Assembly: GCA_963779755.1 (NCBI GenBank)
Contig: CAVZZO010000003.1
Coordinates: 1,472,001-1,536,000, forward strand
DNA length: 64,000 bases
Direction: 5' to 3'
DNA from: an uncultured Gemmatimonadales bacterium
Lineage (GTDB): Bacteria > Gemmatimonadota > Gemmatimonadetes > Gemmatimonadales > GWC2-71-9
Position numbers and translations under genes: made by a program
Notes under the pieces: model-generated
What the model was told of the DNA's origin: nothing
The model's input: the letters and a program-made list of their open reading frames with translations, nothing else
Database searches by the model: none
Shown here: positions 61,726 through 64,000 of the stretch, piece by piece
How the letters are laid out: each line of letters begins with the position of its first letter
Numbering within the stretch: the first letter of the stretch is position 1

Positions 61726-62579
61726 CACGGCTCCCGGCGCACGATGGCCAGCCGATCGGCCAGGGGCACGGCCACGAGCGTGGCGGAAGCGGTGATAGGG
61801 GTCCCCCGAATGCCACCCGTCGCATGGACGGTGAGTTGCGCCGGCCGAAACCGCACCAGCGACAGCAACTCCTGATAGTGTGCGGCGAGAACCGCACGGC
61901 TGGTGGGCGAGACCCGCGCCGCCAGCTCGTCCAGACTGGCGACTGGCTGCCCGGCGGCCCGTTGCCGCAGCACCCGCTCGGCGATTTCGCCCGGGAATCC
62001 CGGCAGGACGGCGAGCACCGCGGGCGGAGCGGTCAAGAGGTCTACCAGGCCGTCGCCCTCCACCCCGAGCACCGCGGCGGCCTGCCCTGCGCGCTCCCCG
62101 TCGAAGCCTCGGATCCGCCGCAATTCGGCCACCGACGCCAGCGGCCCGTTCCGGGGCCTCACCCGGTGTTCGCGTCGGTACCAGTCCGCTTCGGCGCCCA
62201 GGGGCCGGGGCACGTCGTCCGGATCCCGCCAGTCGAGGAGGGCCTCCACCAGCGAGTCGTTGCCCAGCACCAGGCGCAGCGTCGCGGCGTCGGCCCGATT
62301 GAGATTGAGGCGGCTGCCGGGATCGGTGGCGGTCACGGTACACCACGCCGCGCGGCCCAGGTCTACCGTGTCGAGCCGCGGCAATGGGCCCAGCGCGTGG
62401 AACCGGGCCTGGAGAATGTCGAGACAGGCCTCCCGGGCCCATGCCGCCCGTTCCAGCCGGATCCGGTTGGCGCTGGCGCCCAGGCCCATGCGGAGAGAGA
62501 CCAGCGCCGTGGCGACGAGTCCGCCCACCGCGGCGAGCAGCCACAGGACCGCCACCAGGGCAAAGCCACGCCGCGTCAT
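61722..62579 (-). CDS. gspK: minor pseudopilin GspK
   Basis: RGFALVAVLW; LNLN; ALLDWRDPDD; GAE; ELRRIRG. Confidence 0.88.
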   Translation of the reverse strand: MTRRGFALVAVLWLLAAVGGLVATALVSLRMGLGASANRIRLERAAWAREACLDILQARFHALGPLPRLDTVDLGRAAWCTVTATDPGSRLNLNRADAATLRLVLGNDSLVEALLDWRDPDDVPRPLGAEADWYRREHRVRPRNGPLASVAELRRIRGFDGERAGQAAAVLGVEGDGLVDLLTAPPAVLAVLPGFPGEIAERVLRQRAAGQPVASLDELAARVSPTSRAVLAAHYQELLSLVRFRPAQLTVHATGGIRGTPITASATLVAVPLADRLAIVRREPW

Positions 62580-63256
62580 CCCCGCCCCTTAATAAGGAAT
62601 AGGAGGGTGTCCACCCCAGGTGTACGCGCCAGCCGGAGCCGGACCGCCAGCGGTGCGCTCACCGGCGAGAGCCAGGTCTGCACCCAGTGGCTCTCGGCGC
62701 CCGGCTCCAGCAGGTAATCGAAGGCCAGCCCCGTCGCGCTGTCGCTCAGGATCCAGCGCCGCTCGTCCGTCCTGGCCTCCAGGTGACCGCGCACCAGGCC
62801 TAGCGCGACGTGCCGCCGCTCGGCCCAGCCGCCGGGCACCCGCACCCAACTGGTGAAGCGCATCGCGTCCGGCCGCCCCTCGAAGCCGCCCGCCTCGCCC
62901 CCCACTTCCAGCGCCAGCATCGTCTCCGCGAGCCAGCGGCGGGCGTTCTCCCGGCGATCCTGCGCGGCGGTCGCCGCGGTGACGCGCTCCACGCCATCGC
63001 TCACCGCGCCGAAGGTCTGATGCACCAGCAGCACGACGAACCCGGCGACCACCAGGGCGACGAGGAGCTCGAGGAGGGTGAAGCCGGCGATAGAACCGCG
63101 TCTCGGGGAGGGCCTTGCTCCGCGCGTCATTGCGAGGGAGCGCAGCGACCGAAGCAATCCCCCTCCGTGCGCACCTGAGGAGATTGCTTCGGGCGCTGCG
63201 CGCCCTCGCAATGACATGAGGGGCGCCGCTCTGCCCACTCTGCCCACTCTGCTCAT
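62576..63256 (-). CDS. GspJ-like pseudopilin
   Basis: GFTLLELLVAL prepilin site after a repeat-derived leader. Confidence 0.8.
   Translation of the reverse strand: MSRVGRVGRAAPLMSLRGRAAPEAISSGAHGGGLLRSLRSLAMTRGARPSPRRGSIAGFTLLELLVALVVAGFVVLLVHQTFGAVSDGVERVTAATAAQDRRENARRWLAETMLALEVGGEAGGFEGRPDAMRFTSWVRVPGGWAERRHVALGLVRGHLEARTDERRWILSDSATGLAFDYLLEPGAESHWVQTWLSPVSAPLAVRLRLARTPGVDTLLFLIKGRG
63126..63215. repeat. GTCATTGCGAG..CTCGCAATGAC palindromic element, in frame in pseudopilin leader
   Basis: 11-bp terminal IR; inner gaagcaatc/gattgcttc. Confidence 0.85.
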
Positions 63257-63615
63257 GGCGCCCTCGCCCGATACACCACCGTCACCAGCAGCTCCACGTC
63301 GGGATGCGCGGCCTCGGCGACGGCCAGCCGGTACAGCGCCGGCTCGGGCCGCTGGATGCCGGCCACGAACTCGCCGATCCGCCGCCGGCCCAAGCGCTGG
63401 TCAAGATCCGTCCGCGTCAGCAGGGTGAGCGCCGTCAGCACGCGGGCGGCCTCGACCACCTCGTGCTCGCGCGCCAGGGCCCGGCGTTCCTGGTCCAGCC
63501 CGTGCTGCACTACCCCGATCGCCGAGAGGCCGGCGATGCTCAGAATCGCCAGGGCGAGGAGCGCCTCGAGCAGCACCAGCCCGCGGACGGCCGAGCGCTG
63601 GTTATCGTTCGGCAT
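63253..63615 (-). CDS. GspI-like pseudopilin
   Basis: RGLVLLEALLAL. Confidence 0.75.
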   Translation of the reverse strand: MPNDNQRSAVRGLVLLEALLALAILSIAGLSAIGVVQHGLDQERRALAREHEVVEAARVLTALTLLTRTDLDQRLGRRRIGEFVAGIQRPEPALYRLAVAEAAHPDVELLVTVVYRARAP

Positions 63616-63889
63616 CCCGTCCTCCGGTCCACGGATCGATCCCCGATCCCAGTACCCGGCCGTCGGGCAGGAACTCCAGCAGGGACGGCCCATCCGCTCC
63701 CACACTGTCCACCGTGAGTTCCACCACCTGTCCGGTGCGGATCGCCGTGAGCCGGGCCCGCTCGATCGAGCGGCCGGCGAGGTCCGCCTGGCGCCTCGGC
63801 GGAACGGCGAGCGCCGTGACACCCGCCAGCAATCCCATGATGGCGAGCACCACCAGGAGTTCCACCAGCGACAGCCCGCGCCGGGTCAT
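63602..63889 (-). CDS. short GspH-like pseudopilin
   Basis: RGLSLVELLVVL; FLPDG motif. Confidence 0.75.
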   Translation of the reverse strand: MTRRGLSLVELLVVLAIMGLLAGVTALAVPPRRQADLAGRSIERARLTAIRTGQVVELTVDSVGADGPSLLEFLPDGRVLGSGIDPWTGGRDAER

Positions 63890-64000
63890 CCCGCCACCCG
63901 CAGGCTGTAGACCGCCTGGAGCAGCGCCGCCGCCACCAGGGTGACCAGGCCCCCGAAGAGGATGATGAGCGCCGGCTCCAGCGCCGTGGTGAGGGCACGC
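63886..64000 (-). CDS. gspF: GspF/PilC platform protein, 3' end (partial)
   Basis: hand translation: TALEPALIILFGGLV..ALLQAVYSLR. Confidence 0.75.
   Translation of the reverse strand, partial: RALTTALEPALIILFGGLVTLVAAALLQAVYSLRVAG

Noticed and set aside
1..64000. tRNA, rRNA or prophage genes
   Set aside because: None recognised by eye.

Overview
High-GC bacterial DNA. The kinase and Rhs styles suggest Gemmatimonadota (inference). 1-10 kb is ordinary: membrane proteins, cytochrome c, a Ser/Thr kinase-FGE-hydrolase fusion, a PQQ-like propeller and a DUF899 cluster. 10-64 kb is a polymorphic-toxin island. On the minus strand a type II secretion-like operon (gspF end, pseudopilins, gspK/L/M/C-like, gspD) runs into a regulatory-domain-less sigma-54 activator, then a sigma-54 promoter, a signal-peptide Rhs toxin and an immunity gene. 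The gspD-activator-promoter-Rhs module occurs twice, each copy with its own 10-bp enhancer-like repeat. A third, 5'-truncated Rhs is followed by about 7 orphan toxin-tip/immunity cassettes. These are interleaved with about 9 toxin-antitoxin modules, IS630, IS110, IS256 and IS3 remnants, and 9 full or partial GxxExxY nuclease genes. Most notable: a 33-bp piece of Rhs core (codons [11 protein letters not shown]) occurs 11 times. Ten copies are joined at near-fixed nucleotides to a 9-bp-periodic palindromic repeat that also brackets the GxxExxY genes, suggesting a repeat/nuclease-guided cassette-shuffling system. All family calls are by motif recognition; no searches were run.
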